IMG/VR virus record: IMGVR_UViG_3300042465_001115
Location: 1-59,549 of that record
DNA from: a virus
Taxonomy: Duplodnaviria > Caudoviricetes
DNA: 59,549 bases
Direction: 5' to 3' (one strand)
Shown piece by piece: positions 8,634 to 18,990 of the stretch. The stretch's first letter is position 1. Each line of letters starts with the position of its first letter. The notes beneath the pieces were generated by a model. It had not been told where the DNA came from and made no database searches. It worked only from the letters and a program-made list of their open reading frames with translations. Position numbers and translations under genes: made by a program.

Positions 8634-11600
8634 GTTCCTGCGGGTCGATCCCGTTAAGCCGCAGCATCTCCAGCGTCTCAGGGCGCACGTTCTTGGGCGC
8701 AGACTTCAGGTAGCGCAGTGCCGTGGGGCGCTCTGCTTCCAGGGCTGCGCGGTTGGCCGACCGAGCGAACTGCGTGATCTCCAGGCCAGTGCCCTTGGCG
8801 CTGACGTTCCACGCATCAACATCTGCTCGGATCTGTGCCATCCGCTCGGCGTCGCCATCCAGCTTCGCCTTGACGTACGCCTGAACGAAGTCCGTCTTGA
8901 CTGCCTTGGAGTACTCAGCCACGTACTTCGACAGACGAACGATGTCGTTCTGCTCGGTGGCGATGGCAGGGTAGAAGCCCATCATGCGGGCGATGACGGT
9001 GTGCGCTCCCACGTCTGCGGTGACCACCTGCCCCTTGGCGTTGGTGATGCGCCCGTCCTCCATGTAGGCATAGCCGTCAGCGAAGGCCCGCACCGCAGCC
9101 AACGGAGCGTTGCGCAGGATACCCGTCAGTGACGTAGTGTCGGGGCGCAGGCCAATGACCTCGGCTCCGTACTGGGTCAGAGATGCGGCTGTGCCAACAA
9201 GTCCTGCCATGCCGCCGACCACGGGGCCAGCGAAGTCCTGCAACTCCTGGATGGGAGAAGCCCCGGCACGGAACGCTCCGGTCAGCGGGAGCAGATCGCC
9301 CATGCCCACCCGCGTGGACACCGTGGCTCCCGTCATCTTGTCGAGCACACCCTTCATCACGTAGGGCGATACGCCCGGAGCCACCGAGTCGATCCACTCG
9401 GCAGCAGCCTTCTCCACGCTTGCCATCGGCAGGCCGAGCATCTGCGCGATGGTGTCCACGATGTCCATCAGGTCTTCTGCGAACGGCAGACCCTTGAGTC
9501 CGCTGAGTAGCAGGAGGAAGCCGAGCATCATCAACTGCCCATCCTTGGGCATGTTGCGCAGCAACTCCACCGTGATGATGGCGAACTGCTTGTACACGAA
9601 CACGTATTGCAGTACCGGACCCCGCGCCATCGTGGGGCGGTTGAACATCGCGTACTCACCCTGGGCTGTGTTCACAGCCGTGCGCGCAGCCTCAGCAGCT
9701 TCGGCAATCGCCTGTTCCTCGGACAGCCCCTGAGCCAGGGCTCGGTCCTTCTCCATGCGGTACGCAGCCAGGGCGGTTGCGCGGCGGTTGAGTTGCTCCG
9801 TGTAGGAGAACATGCTCATCCACAGCTTCACCGCAGCCTGGGCCTTGTTGCTGAACACCTTACCACGTGCGGTGCCAACCAGGGCGTTGAACTGCGCAGC
9901 TTGCAGCGTGCCCTGCTCCGTCTGTGCGAAGAGGAACTGCGCCTCGTCCTCCGTGAGTCCGTACTGAGCCCACGTCCCGTCACGCATGATCTTGTCGAAG
10001 TCCTCGGCTTCAGCGAGCTTCGGGCTGCGCACATCACGCAACGCTTTCCACAGTGCGTTGGCAGCCTTCGCCATCCCGTAGCCACCACCGAACCCACGCG
10101 CCGGGTTGTACGACGCGAGGTACGGCAGGCTGTGCGTGGGGATGGAGATCAGGTTCAGCGCAGCGGAAGCCACGGAGCCACCGAGTTGCATCAGCACGGT
10201 CACCAGCTTGAGCCGTGAGCCAGCCTCACCGAACAGATCCTCGGTCGAGTCCGTGATGTTGGACGTGTCGCTGTACCAGCGCAGCACTTCCTTGGCGTAC
10301 TCACGATAGTCCTCACCGCGACCGAGCGTGGGCACTTCCTCCCCGGCGACCTTCACGGTCTTCTTGCCAGCACTGGACGCCATGTACCTGTACATATGCG
10401 CGTACTGGTCATACTCCCGTTGTGCGCGAGCCCGCTCTCCATCCGTGGCTGCGTTGTCCACAGCATCTTGCAGCGCCTGGAGCCGCTCCGGATCACCGAA
10501 CCAGTTGTCGTTGTTCAGCAGGATGTCGTCCAGCCGGTTGCGGTACAGCTTCTTCGCAGACACATGCGCCGAGGTCTCCAGGTGTTCCGACACCGAGCGG
10601 ACCACATCCTTGTCCCACCCCGGAGTACCCGAACGCTGGAGGTTCTTGCGAGCACGGCTGTTCTGGCTCGTCAGCGTGGTGATGATGCGCTCTCGCACTT
10701 CAGGTGCGAGGTTCACGTTGAGGCGGTTCAGGACGTACACGAACTCGTTGAAGTTCACGGCTTCCGTGAGGTCCGGGCTCTGCCGCACACGCGACACTTC
10801 AGGTCGCAAGCTCACGGTCACCTCAGCACCGTCCTCGTCGTACAGCGTCCACTCGTTGTCACCACCGAACGTCGTCTCCAGTTCCTCGGCAGCAGCCGTG
10901 GCTTCACTGCGCGACTCAAACTGGAAGTACGGCAGGATGGAGCGGACGTTCTCGCTCAGTGGTACCGGGTTGCCGCGCTTGTCGTACGCCACGAGGCGCA
11001 CCTGCTCAGTACCACGGCGGGTGAACGGAACGTACGCACCAAGGATGGTGCGCTTGGCGTAGTAGTCAGCGTTCTGCGCCTGGAGGTCGAACAGGAAGAT
11101 GTCCCGCACAGCCTTCTGCACGCGGAAGGACTGCTGCTCATTGGCGTCCTTGCTACCACTGAACTTCGCCCGCAATCCAGGCAGGGCAGCACGAACGTCG
11201 TCGTACTCCGCACCCTGGAACTGCTCGAAGTCGCGCTTCATGTCGCCCGTGATGCGCGGGTCCCCCATCCATGCAGCGAGCACGTCATCGTTGAAGAGCG
11301 CACGACCGAAGGCGATAAGGAAGTCTTCCGACTCCTTGGCAGCACGCTTGTTCAGGTTCACAGCAGCCGAGGCGACATCAGCACCATCGAACCGCATGTT
11401 CCGGTACCGCTCAGCCACCTTGCGGATCGCCGCAAGATCCTGCTCCGTGAATGCGTTGGCCCCCCGACGGCGAGCGTTGAGATCCCCGATGACGCGCTTG
11501 GCCTCGGTCTGTGATGCCTCGTAGTTCGACAGCATCAGGTCGATGGCAGCCTCGTTGACCGCAGCACGCTGCTCCTCGTAGATCTTCCAGACGTTGCTGT

Positions 11601-14600
11601 TCTCATCGATGTCGCGCTGGAAGCGGACCTTGGAGATGTTGTCCTTGCCGTCGTCGTACTCGATGTCGAAGCCATTGCGGAACTCTTCAGCAGAGACCAT
11701 GCCCCGCTTCTCAAGCTGATCCCGCACCTTCGTGTCGAGTTGGATGTTGCCCATCGCATCGACGTACACCAGATCATCGAAGGACTTGATGATGTCGTCG
11801 GTGGCTTGCTTGGAACGCAGCAGGGCAGCATGGGCCAGCAGTTCGCCAGCCTGGAGCTTCTCCTCCTCGGTCACACCGCCGCCGTATCCGAAGACGGTCG
11901 GTGTGTGGGTGAGCGTGGTCATGCGGCTGTACTTCGACAGCAACTGACGTGCGTACTGCTGCTGGTTCTCCAGCAGGCGGTAGATCTCGCTGAGGCCGAA
12001 GCTGCGACGGGCCTTGTTGCTCAGCGTCTGCACGTGCTCCAGCACACGAGCCACAGTACCAGGAACATCTTCCCGCTTGCCGAACGCCCGCTTGCCGAAC
12101 GCCTCCATCGCGCCGAGCAGACCGCTGCTGCCGCCGAAACGTTTGGCTCCGTTACCTACAGCGAACGCACGCTCCAGGGCATCGCCGTAACCAGCGCGGG
12201 CGTACATACCCGTACCACGATCCGACTCCATGAGTTGGATGTCTTCGGCCACAGCGCGGGCGTTGAAGAAATTGCCTCCCTCACCACGGCGCACGTACTT
12301 GCGTGCGAGGTTCACGAGGTAGCGAGCTTCGTCGTCCTGGAACTTCAGCCCCAGCTTGTTGAGGAAGTTCTTCAGCGTGTTCCAGATGCGTGCGATGAGC
12401 GACGTATCCAGCACGGCAGCGTTGTCAGCAACGTACTCCTCGATGGCTTCCAGCTTCGACATGCCCTGCACGGACATCATCGCCTCGACCGCAGACTGCA
12501 CGTCAGCGTCTGCGTCGTAGATCCGCTCCAGGATGGCGTCGAGTTCCTTGCCGGGGATCACGGCTCGGAAGCCGAAGTGGCCCATCGTCTCGTGCGCCAG
12601 GACGAACCGCAGTTGCTGCTCGGTGCGGACGAAGTCGGAGAAGACGATGACCTCCTTGCCGAACGAGTAGCCCACAGCCTTGATGGTGCCGAAGTCACCC
12701 TGCTCACGCGCAGCGGCTGCACGCCGGTACAACTCAGGGTTGCGGGCCTTCAGGTCTGCCGCGTTGGCGTAGATGTGCACCGTGGGCTTGCGCATCAGCT
12801 TCGACAGGAACCCCTTGACCAGCAGGCGGATGCGCCCCACCGGCACGTTCTTCGTGATGGGAGTACCGTCGTCGCGGAATGCAGCCCCGTTGGCATCGTC
12901 GTACTGGTCGTACAGCCGTCGAGATGGATCGAGGCGAGCGGCGGCTTCCTCAGCAGCCAGGGCAGCGGCTTCGTCCCGCTGTGCCTTCTCCAGTGCAGCC
13001 TGTTGCGTAGGCGTGAGTTGCTGCGTGCCGATGATGTACCGACCGGCAGACTTGATGATCTTCGGCTCGCCGTCCGCAGTGAAGTAGTCCGACAGCGGGT
13101 ACCCACGGACGATGTACTTGCGCCCCTCAGCAGAGACCTGAGCGTACAGCGTGCGGGCAGCATCAGCCAGCGACGTGAACTCGATGCCACGGGCGACCCT
13201 GACCTTCTGGTTGAGCCGGGTGATCTCCGACACACGGGAGATCAGATTGTCGATCAGCAACCCCAGCATGGACTGCGGGGTGTGCGCAGCACGGTAGACC
13301 GTGGACTCACTCTTCGATACGTTGCCAGGAGTTGAGCCGACAGTTGCCGGGGCCGCCACGTCACCGAGCTTGCGCTGCGTGTCCGCAGGGAGGTTGGACA
13401 GCTTCAGCTTGCCCGCAGCCACGAGGTCCTTGGCCTGCTCCAGCGACAACCCGCTCAGGGTGGAGCGGATGTTGAACAGCATCCCACGCGAGGAGGCGTA
13501 GGAGAACCAGGGCTTGGGCGTGCCCTTGTTGGCACCACGGGTGTAGACAGCCTCCAGCCGCATGGTCTCGTTGACCTGGGCCAGCACGACATCATCGAGC
13601 GCGGCACGCTGAGATTCGGACAGCGTGGTGTTGCCCAGCCATGCGCGGGCACGCTCAACCAGAGCGCGGGTGTTGGTGTCCTCGGTGGTGAAGAAGGCGT
13701 ACTCGGAGATGAGTCGCAGCGCCTCACGCACTTCCGGCGTGACCTTGGCAGTTACGGCTTCATCGACCGTGTTGATCGCATCGCCTAGGGCATCCGTGGG
13801 TTCTGCCGTGACTTCAGCCTCGGCGTCAGCGACGATCTGCGCAGCCAGTTCGCCCGTGGCTTGGTTCTTCGCAACGGCATCACGCCACCGCGTCTGCAAC
13901 TCAGCCGGAAGGTCAGTGAAGGGCATGTCCTCCATGCCCGCCCAGCGTTCTTCAGCAGTTTCAGTCGGGGCGGGGGCCGGAGGTTGTAGCCCCGTGAGCA
14001 CCCCAAAATCTTCGGTGCGAAGTTCTTTCTTGTCGGCACCAATTGCACGTGCCGCTTCTTCGCGATTGTAGAAGTTGCCCCTGGTGTCTACGAAGCCAGC
14101 TTCCCATTCTTTCAGATCAGATGCGTACCCACCGGGCAACTTGTACCGGTTGTGGACAGGTCCAGTCTCAACTACTTCCCCAGTTTTGCGGCTACGAAAC
14201 GCCGCTGCCTTCATTTGTGGGGCGGGGGCGGCGGCCCCCTCGGCTTTTGGGGGCGCGGGTTCCTTCTTCGGTGCAGGTGCCTTCTTCGGCGCTACTTCTT
14301 CTTTCTTCCCGCGCTTGAGGGCTGCACCTTTTCCGGCAGCTTTCTCTTCACTGGGTACTTTCTTTCCCACTCCTGCGCGAGTTTTGGCTGCTGGCTGTGG
14401 AGGTACCGGCGCTGCGCTTGGCTTTTGAACGGCACGGGGTTCTCCTTGCGAGATGGGACTTAACTCATTGGCGAGCTTCTGTGTCTCCTTGAAGTTGGAG
14501 AGGAAGAAGCGATCAAGTCCAGTGTTGCGGTACTCGGTCTTGTAAACCTCGCCATTGGGGTCAAGAAATTCAACGGCTTCCATGATGCCCGTGGTGACAT

Positions 14601-17079
14601 CGTTGCCGTTCTCCCAGACCGTACCGTAGACGACCAAGCGCCCACGATATTCCTCCACCCGGTCAACCACCACCTTCTGGCGACCACGGGTCGGGTTAGC
14701 CTTGGTGATGTTGTCATTGAATGTGAGCACATCCCCCTTCTGGGGAAGATTCTGGAGCTTGACAGCAGCTTGCCCAACAACAGCGCGAACAGTATCTGCA
14801 ACGCTTGGGGCCTCCTTCACTTCGACAGCAACGACCTTGGCACCACGCTTGAGTCCACGAGCACCAGCAGTCTTCTTCGCAGGTGCAGGAGTGGGTGCAG
14901 CAGCAACCTTCCTCTTGACACCCGCAGACTTGAGCGCGGGCAGCGAGGGCTCCCCTTCGGCGGTGAACATCGGCAGTTGCAGCGTTGCCTGCCGGATACC
15001 ACGGTCGGGCTGCGCAGCCGGAGCGGGCTGCATCTTGCGCCCACGGCGCAACTGCCCTGCCTTCGGCGGAACCGGAGCCTGACGGCGCGTGAACAGCGGC
15101 AACTGCCTCGGCTGACGGGGGGTGATGGGCACCATCGGCAGGGCCGGTGCGGGCGCAGGACGCTGCGCTTCCGCCATGATGTCGAGTTGCCGCTGGTTCG
15201 CAGCCTGGATAGCCATGCGCTCCAAGTCCGCTTCACGCTGCGCAGCCTCCTGTGCCTGCCGCTGGGCAAGGATCTGCTCCTCCTGGCGACGACGCATTGC
15301 ACGCTGCAACGCATTGCCCACAGCCGTGGGCGCAGTAGCCTCAGGTGCAGGCGGAGCGAACTGAAGCTGTCCTTGCGCGGCAGCTTCTTGCGGGGATAGA
15401 CCAGTGGGTGCCACAGCACCGGGCACAGGCGGAACTCCGGGCTGCATCCGGGTTGCCAGTTCCTGTGCCGAGATGGTGCCACCGAAGACATCGAGCACGC
15501 CCTGCGTGCCGGGAGCGCCAGGGGGCACGTTGCCCGCCTGACGCAGCATCTGGTCTGGGTATGCCTGCCCTTCTGGGGTGACCATCATCACCGTACCGCC
15601 GACAGGCGTAACGGCTGGCGTGGGTCCAGGGAGAAGCGGTATGGCAGGGGACCCAATACCAACGGGAGGAGTCGGAGGCGTGGGAGCGCCGGGAGGCCAA
15701 GGCGTCCCAGAAGGGGGCATCGGTCCAGGCTGGATCGGAGCGAGCGCAGTACCGGGTGTGGGCGGCACAGGAGGCGGCGGCTCCGTAGTCGACCCAGGGT
15801 CGAGCAGGTTCTCTGCCTTGCGTCCACGCAGGTTAGCCACAGCACCGATGGGACCGCCGACACCGAAGCCTGCGGCGAACGAGTTGATCAGGCGCTTCTG
15901 CGCTTCGTCGGACGTGAGGGACTGTCCGGAGATACCCAGTAGGAGCGCCTCCTGCCCAAGCTCCGTGGAGCCTTCGGCAGTACCACCTACAGCCCCGCCA
16001 ATCGTCCCACGCTTCAGAAGCTCACCTGCACGGGCGCGCAGTGGGGTACCGGGGGTGATCGCACGAGGAGCACCAAGCCCGCTGAGCACTCGGCTTGCAA
16101 GCAGGAACTCAGGCAGAGTCTCTATCGCCGCATATGGGATCGACCCAGCCAGAGCCTTCAGCCGCGCATCGACATCGTCAGCATTGGCCCCCTGGTCCCG
16201 CAGTTCGCCGTAGATGTCAGCCGCACCCGTGGCAAGGTTCTGTGTGTACGACGCAGCCGTGGCACCAGCAATGCCAGCAGCTTCGCGCAGCAACTTGTTC
16301 TCGGTAGCCGTGAGCGCCTCACCGGCCGCTCGCTTGCGTGCTGCCGCCATCACAGACTGCTTGAACGCAGACTTTCCAGCGAGACCAGCGAGGGCTGCGC
16401 CTGCACCAGCGAGTGGGTTGCCGCCTACTGCCGTACCAGCAGCGAAGCCACCGAGACCAACGGCCACGGACTCCAGCAGGTTGGGTCCCTGCTGCGCGAG
16501 GTTGGCAACGAACCAGTCGAGCACACCTCGGTTGGGCTCCCCGATGTCCGTGAACTGCCGCTCGAACGGAGAGGTCTTGGCGAGATCGGCTTCCTGTTGA
16601 GCGACGATGCGCCCACCAGTTTCTTCAGCACCGGCAAGCTGCAAGCCCCGGCCCGCCAGGGCCTGCATGGCGTCAACACCACGCCCGAAGTTCTTCTTTG
16701 CCAGCCGCCACAGACTGGGATTGCGGATCGACTCCAGGTACTGCCCATACGCCTGCGCGTCCAGGGGCACCCAATCCCCCGAAGACGGCAAGCCCGTGCC
16801 GGGGGCAGACAGGAGCTTTTCGGACTCCAGTGCACTCGCAGCGTCGTCGGCATCGAACACAATGCCTTGCACGAACACCTTGTTGGACGACGGGCTGACG
16901 GCGATGGAAACCGGTGCCTGCGCCGTAGGCATCGTGAACTGACTGCGTCCACCAAGGCGCTCACCCATCACGGCAAGATCCGCAGTGGACGGACCAAGTC
17001 CTGCCAACCCGGAACCCATAGGGCCGACAGGTGCAAACGGATCGGCGGGCTGTCCTAGGGTCAGTCCTGCGGTAGCCAT
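8620..17079 (-). CDS. Giant internal virion/ejection protein, 2819 aa (polyvalent-protein-like)
   Basis: Last gene of the structural arm, after the SLT protein; HETMGH metallopeptidase-like motif; YVPFTRRG resembles the PLxRFG motif. Confidence 0.8.
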   Translation of the reverse strand: MATAGLTLGQPADPFAPVGPMGSGLAGLGPSTADLAVMGERLGGRSQFTMPTAQAPVSIAVSPSSNKVFVQGIVFDADDAASALESEKLLSAPGTGLPSSGDWVPLDAQAYGQYLESIRNPSLWRLAKKNFGRGVDAMQALAGRGLQLAGAEETGGRIVAQQEADLAKTSPFERQFTDIGEPNRGVLDWFVANLAQQGPNLLESVAVGLGGFAAGTAVGGNPLAGAGAALAGLAGKSAFKQSVMAAARKRAAGEALTATENKLLREAAGIAGATAASYTQNLATGAADIYGELRDQGANADDVDARLKALAGSIPYAAIETLPEFLLASRVLSGLGAPRAITPGTPLRARAGELLKRGTIGGAVGGTAEGSTELGQEALLLGISGQSLTSDEAQKRLINSFAAGFGVGGPIGAVANLRGRKAENLLDPGSTTEPPPPVPPTPGTALAPIQPGPMPPSGTPWPPGAPTPPTPPVGIGSPAIPLLPGPTPAVTPVGGTVMMVTPEGQAYPDQMLRQAGNVPPGAPGTQGVLDVFGGTISAQELATRMQPGVPPVPGAVAPTGLSPQEAAAQGQLQFAPPAPEATAPTAVGNALQRAMRRRQEEQILAQRQAQEAAQREADLERMAIQAANQRQLDIMAEAQRPAPAPALPMVPITPRQPRQLPLFTRRQAPVPPKAGQLRRGRKMQPAPAAQPDRGIRQATLQLPMFTAEGEPSLPALKSAGVKRKVAAAPTPAPAKKTAGARGLKRGAKVVAVEVKEAPSVADTVRAVVGQAAVKLQNLPQKGDVLTFNDNITKANPTRGRQKVVVDRVEEYRGRLVVYGTVWENGNDVTTGIMEAVEFLDPNGEVYKTEYRNTGLDRFFLSNFKETQKLANELSPISQGEPRAVQKPSAAPVPPQPAAKTRAGVGKKVPSEEKAAGKGAALKRGKKEEVAPKKAPAPKKEPAPPKAEGAAAPAPQMKAAAFRSRKTGEVVETGPVHNRYKLPGGYASDLKEWEAGFVDTRGNFYNREEAARAIGADKKELRTEDFGVLTGLQPPAPAPTETAEERWAGMEDMPFTDLPAELQTRWRDAVAKNQATGELAAQIVADAEAEVTAEPTDALGDAINTVDEAVTAKVTPEVREALRLISEYAFFTTEDTNTRALVERARAWLGNTTLSESQRAALDDVVLAQVNETMRLEAVYTRGANKGTPKPWFSYASSRGMLFNIRSTLSGLSLEQAKDLVAAGKLKLSNLPADTQRKLGDVAAPATVGSTPGNVSKSESTVYRAAHTPQSMLGLLIDNLISRVSEITRLNQKVRVARGIEFTSLADAARTLYAQVSAEGRKYIVRGYPLSDYFTADGEPKIIKSAGRYIIGTQQLTPTQQAALEKAQRDEAAALAAEEAAARLDPSRRLYDQYDDANGAAFRDDGTPITKNVPVGRIRLLVKGFLSKLMRKPTVHIYANAADLKARNPELYRRAAAAREQGDFGTIKAVGYSFGKEVIVFSDFVRTEQQLRFVLAHETMGHFGFRAVIPGKELDAILERIYDADADVQSAVEAMMSVQGMSKLEAIEEYVADNAAVLDTSLIARIWNTLKNFLNKLGLKFQDDEARYLVNLARKYVRRGEGGNFFNARAVAEDIQLMESDRGTGMYARAGYGDALERAFAVGNGAKRFGGSSGLLGAMEAFGKRAFGKREDVPGTVARVLEHVQTLSNKARRSFGLSEIYRLLENQQQYARQLLSKYSRMTTLTHTPTVFGYGGGVTEEEKLQAGELLAHAALLRSKQATDDIIKSFDDLVYVDAMGNIQLDTKVRDQLEKRGMVSAEEFRNGFDIEYDDGKDNISKVRFQRDIDENSNVWKIYEEQRAAVNEAAIDLMLSNYEASQTEAKRVIGDLNARRRGANAFTEQDLAAIRKVAERYRNMRFDGADVASAAVNLNKRAAKESEDFLIAFGRALFNDDVLAAWMGDPRITGDMKRDFEQFQGAEYDDVRAALPGLRAKFSGSKDANEQQSFRVQKAVRDIFLFDLQAQNADYYAKRTILGAYVPFTRRGTEQVRLVAYDKRGNPVPLSENVRSILPYFQFESRSEATAAAEELETTFGGDNEWTLYDEDGAEVTVSLRPEVSRVRQSPDLTEAVNFNEFVYVLNRLNVNLAPEVRERIITTLTSQNSRARKNLQRSGTPGWDKDVVRSVSEHLETSAHVSAKKLYRNRLDDILLNNDNWFGDPERLQALQDAVDNAATDGERARAQREYDQYAHMYRYMASSAGKKTVKVAGEEVPTLGRGEDYREYAKEVLRWYSDTSNITDSTEDLFGEAGSRLKLVTVLMQLGGSVASAALNLISIPTHSLPYLASYNPARGFGGGYGMAKAANALWKALRDVRSPKLAEAEDFDKIMRDGTWAQYGLTEDEAQFLFAQTEQGTLQAAQFNALVGTARGKVFSNKAQAAVKLWMSMFSYTEQLNRRATALAAYRMEKDRALAQGLSEEQAIAEAAEAARTAVNTAQGEYAMFNRPTMARGPVLQYVFVYKQFAIITVELLRNMPKDGQLMMLGFLLLLSGLKGLPFAEDLMDIVDTIAQMLGLPMASVEKAAAEWIDSVAPGVSPYVMKGVLDKMTGATVSTRVGMGDLLPLTGAFRAGASPIQELQDFAGPVVGGMAGLVGTAASLTQYGAEVIGLRPDTTSLTGILRNAPLAAVRAFADGYAYMEDGRITNAKGQVVTADVGAHTVIARMMGFYPAIATEQNDIVRLSKYVAEYSKAVKTDFVQAYVKAKLDGDAERMAQIRADVDAWNVSAKGTGLEITQFARSANRAALEAERPTALRYLKSAPKNVRPETLEMLRLNGIDPQELTQP
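14292..14435 (-). CDS. Nested +1-frame small basic protein, 47 aa (MPFKSQAQRRYLHSQQPKLAQEWERKYPVKRKLPEKVQPSSAGRKKK)
   Basis: AAGGAGA 5 nt before GTG; TAG stop; GC3 of the host frame drops over this span; absent from the ORF track (under 60 aa). Confidence 0.75.
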   Translation of the reverse strand: MPFKSQAQRRYLHSQQPKLAQEWERKYPVKRKLPEKVQPSSAGRKKK

Positions 17080-17082
17080 GAG

Positions 17083-18981
17083 TTATCCCCTGGGTTTCGT
17101 TCCACCGTATGTCGGCAACCCTGCAATCGGATACGCAGCGTTGGACTGTACCTTGACCCCATCGATCTCAATAGTCTTGCCGGTCGGATTGAACAGGTAA
17201 GGCACAGCGCCGTAGCCGGGAGGAGTGATGATGAGTGTGCCGTCACCAGCACCTGTCGGTTTCACATCGTACCGCGATTGCTTCATGGTCTCCAGGGCCA
17301 TGTTGATGTCACCGTTCGTACGGGCCACAGCGATCTCGCGGATCATCTTGGCAAGTTCACCGGCATTGGCCTCGGCCTGCTTGAGCATGGACTCGAACTG
17401 CTTCATGCCCGCAGCGGCGGCAGCCTCTGCCTTCTGCTTGCGGAACGCCACGTCGAACGAGGACCGCGCCCGGTCGGTGACATCGGTCTGACTCACACCC
17501 TCCATGATGCGCTGACCATCCACGAACAGGTCGAACAATCCGTCGGAGCGCGGCTGCACGCCGACCGGGGATCCGAAGTACTGTGACCACACAGCCATGA
17601 GGCGACGGGGATCACCAACGGTGGAGAACTCCTGGATGCCCTGCATACCTTGCAGGTACATCATCCCATTGTCCATCTCCATGACCTTGGCGCGGGCCTC
17701 CATGTACTGAGCCCCCATGCCTGCGTCCCGATATAGCCGTGCCAGCCGTGCCATCTCCTCACGCTGCTGCATTGCCATCCGCATGTCCTGCGTGATGGCG
17801 TTGGGGTCGCGCAGGTACGTCGTGGAGGTCTTGAGCTTCGGAGCCGTGATCGTGATGGAAGGCGGCTCAGCCTGTGCGACAGCCGGAGCAGGTGCAGCAG
17901 GTGCAGCAGGTGCAGCAGCGGCAACCGTCGCACCCGGCTGTAGGAGAGCGCGAACCTTGGGGATATAGGCTCGTGTCTCGGGGGGCATGGCAGTCATGCC
18001 CTGCCTACGGACGTTGCCGATCCCCCAGTTGTACCCGGCTAGAGCCTGATCGAGATCGCCTCCTGTCATACGGAGGAGGTCAGCCAACATGCGTGCGGCA
18101 CCGCTCGCTTCCGATGCGAGGTCGTTCACCTTCACACCGTACTGAGCCGCTGTATCAGGCATGAACTGGAAGTAGCCCTGAGCGCCTGCGGGGGATGTGA
18201 GACCTGGGCGACCACCAGATTCGACCGACATCACAGCGTTCAACAAGCCCTGCGGCAGACCATTCTGCTGCTCCAAGGAGGCGAACATGCTGGCCGTCTG
18301 TGGAGAGACGGAGGATGCAGCAGGCGCGGCAGGAGCCGCAGTGGGGGCAGCAGGTGCGGGCGCAGCAGGGGCGGCAGGAGCAGGGGGCGGCACCAACCGC
18401 TCAAGCCCTTGCATAGCAGCCGTAAGCTGCTCGGTCTCACGCGCAACAAGCGCACGCTGGTTCGCCACCATGCGGGCAGGCGCGTTCGGTGTGCTCAGCA
18501 GCCGATCCAGCCCGATCTGTGCGTCACGCAGGCGCATGGCCCGCATACGGTAGTTCTCCTGCGCGTTGCGCATGAGTCGGTCGTCACCAGGGCGCAACAG
18601 GACTGGCGTGATAGGAGCCGGAGCAGGGCCTACGAACGTACCTCGACCGCCACCTACGGGCGGGTATTCGACATTGGCCTCCATGAACGCGGCCTGTTCC
18701 CGCGACATGGGTTGCGCAAGTCCTGGAGCGGCAGGAGCCGGAGCGGGCGATGGAGGGGCGATCTGCCGAGTGGGCATGATCGGCATGCCACTGGCGTCGA
18801 CAAAGGACGGAGCCACGGCCTCCGGCACCTGCTGTTGTCCCTGTCGCAGCAACTCCAGCCTGTTGCGCTCTTCGATGGCAAGTTGGTTCTGCCGTGCAAC
18901 ACGCTCAGCCTCTTCGGCCTGCCGCATCGAAGTAGCGGCAACCCCGGCACCGCCGAGGAGTCGTCCAAGACTCAGAGCCAT
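17083..18981 (-). CDS. Internal virion protein with a lytic transglycosylase (SLT) domain
   Basis: VESGG...AGAQGYFQFMPDTA...ALAGYNWG...ETRAYI. Confidence 0.88.
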   Translation of the reverse strand: MALSLGRLLGGAGVAATSMRQAEEAERVARQNQLAIEERNRLELLRQGQQQVPEAVAPSFVDASGMPIMPTRQIAPPSPAPAPAAPGLAQPMSREQAAFMEANVEYPPVGGGRGTFVGPAPAPITPVLLRPGDDRLMRNAQENYRMRAMRLRDAQIGLDRLLSTPNAPARMVANQRALVARETEQLTAAMQGLERLVPPPAPAAPAAPAPAAPTAAPAAPAASSVSPQTASMFASLEQQNGLPQGLLNAVMSVESGGRPGLTSPAGAQGYFQFMPDTAAQYGVKVNDLASEASGAARMLADLLRMTGGDLDQALAGYNWGIGNVRRQGMTAMPPETRAYIPKVRALLQPGATVAAAAPAAPAAPAPAVAQAEPPSITITAPKLKTSTTYLRDPNAITQDMRMAMQQREEMARLARLYRDAGMGAQYMEARAKVMEMDNGMMYLQGMQGIQEFSTVGDPRRLMAVWSQYFGSPVGVQPRSDGLFDLFVDGQRIMEGVSQTDVTDRARSSFDVAFRKQKAEAAAAAGMKQFESMLKQAEANAGELAKMIREIAVARTNGDINMALETMKQSRYDVKPTGAGDGTLIITPPGYGAVPYLFNPTGKTIEIDGVKVQSNAAYPIAGLPTYGGTKPRG

Positions 18982-18990
18982 GATCTCTCC

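Noticed and set aside
14460-14801. 113-aa +1-frame ORF in the giant gene with AAGGAGG 9 nt before TTG (MQILFALLLGK...)
   Set aside because: TTG start, and the product is Ser/Arg/Thr-rich like a shadow frame, while the host frame looks globular here. It is not supported, though worth viewing in the same Ribo-seq data as 14292-14435.
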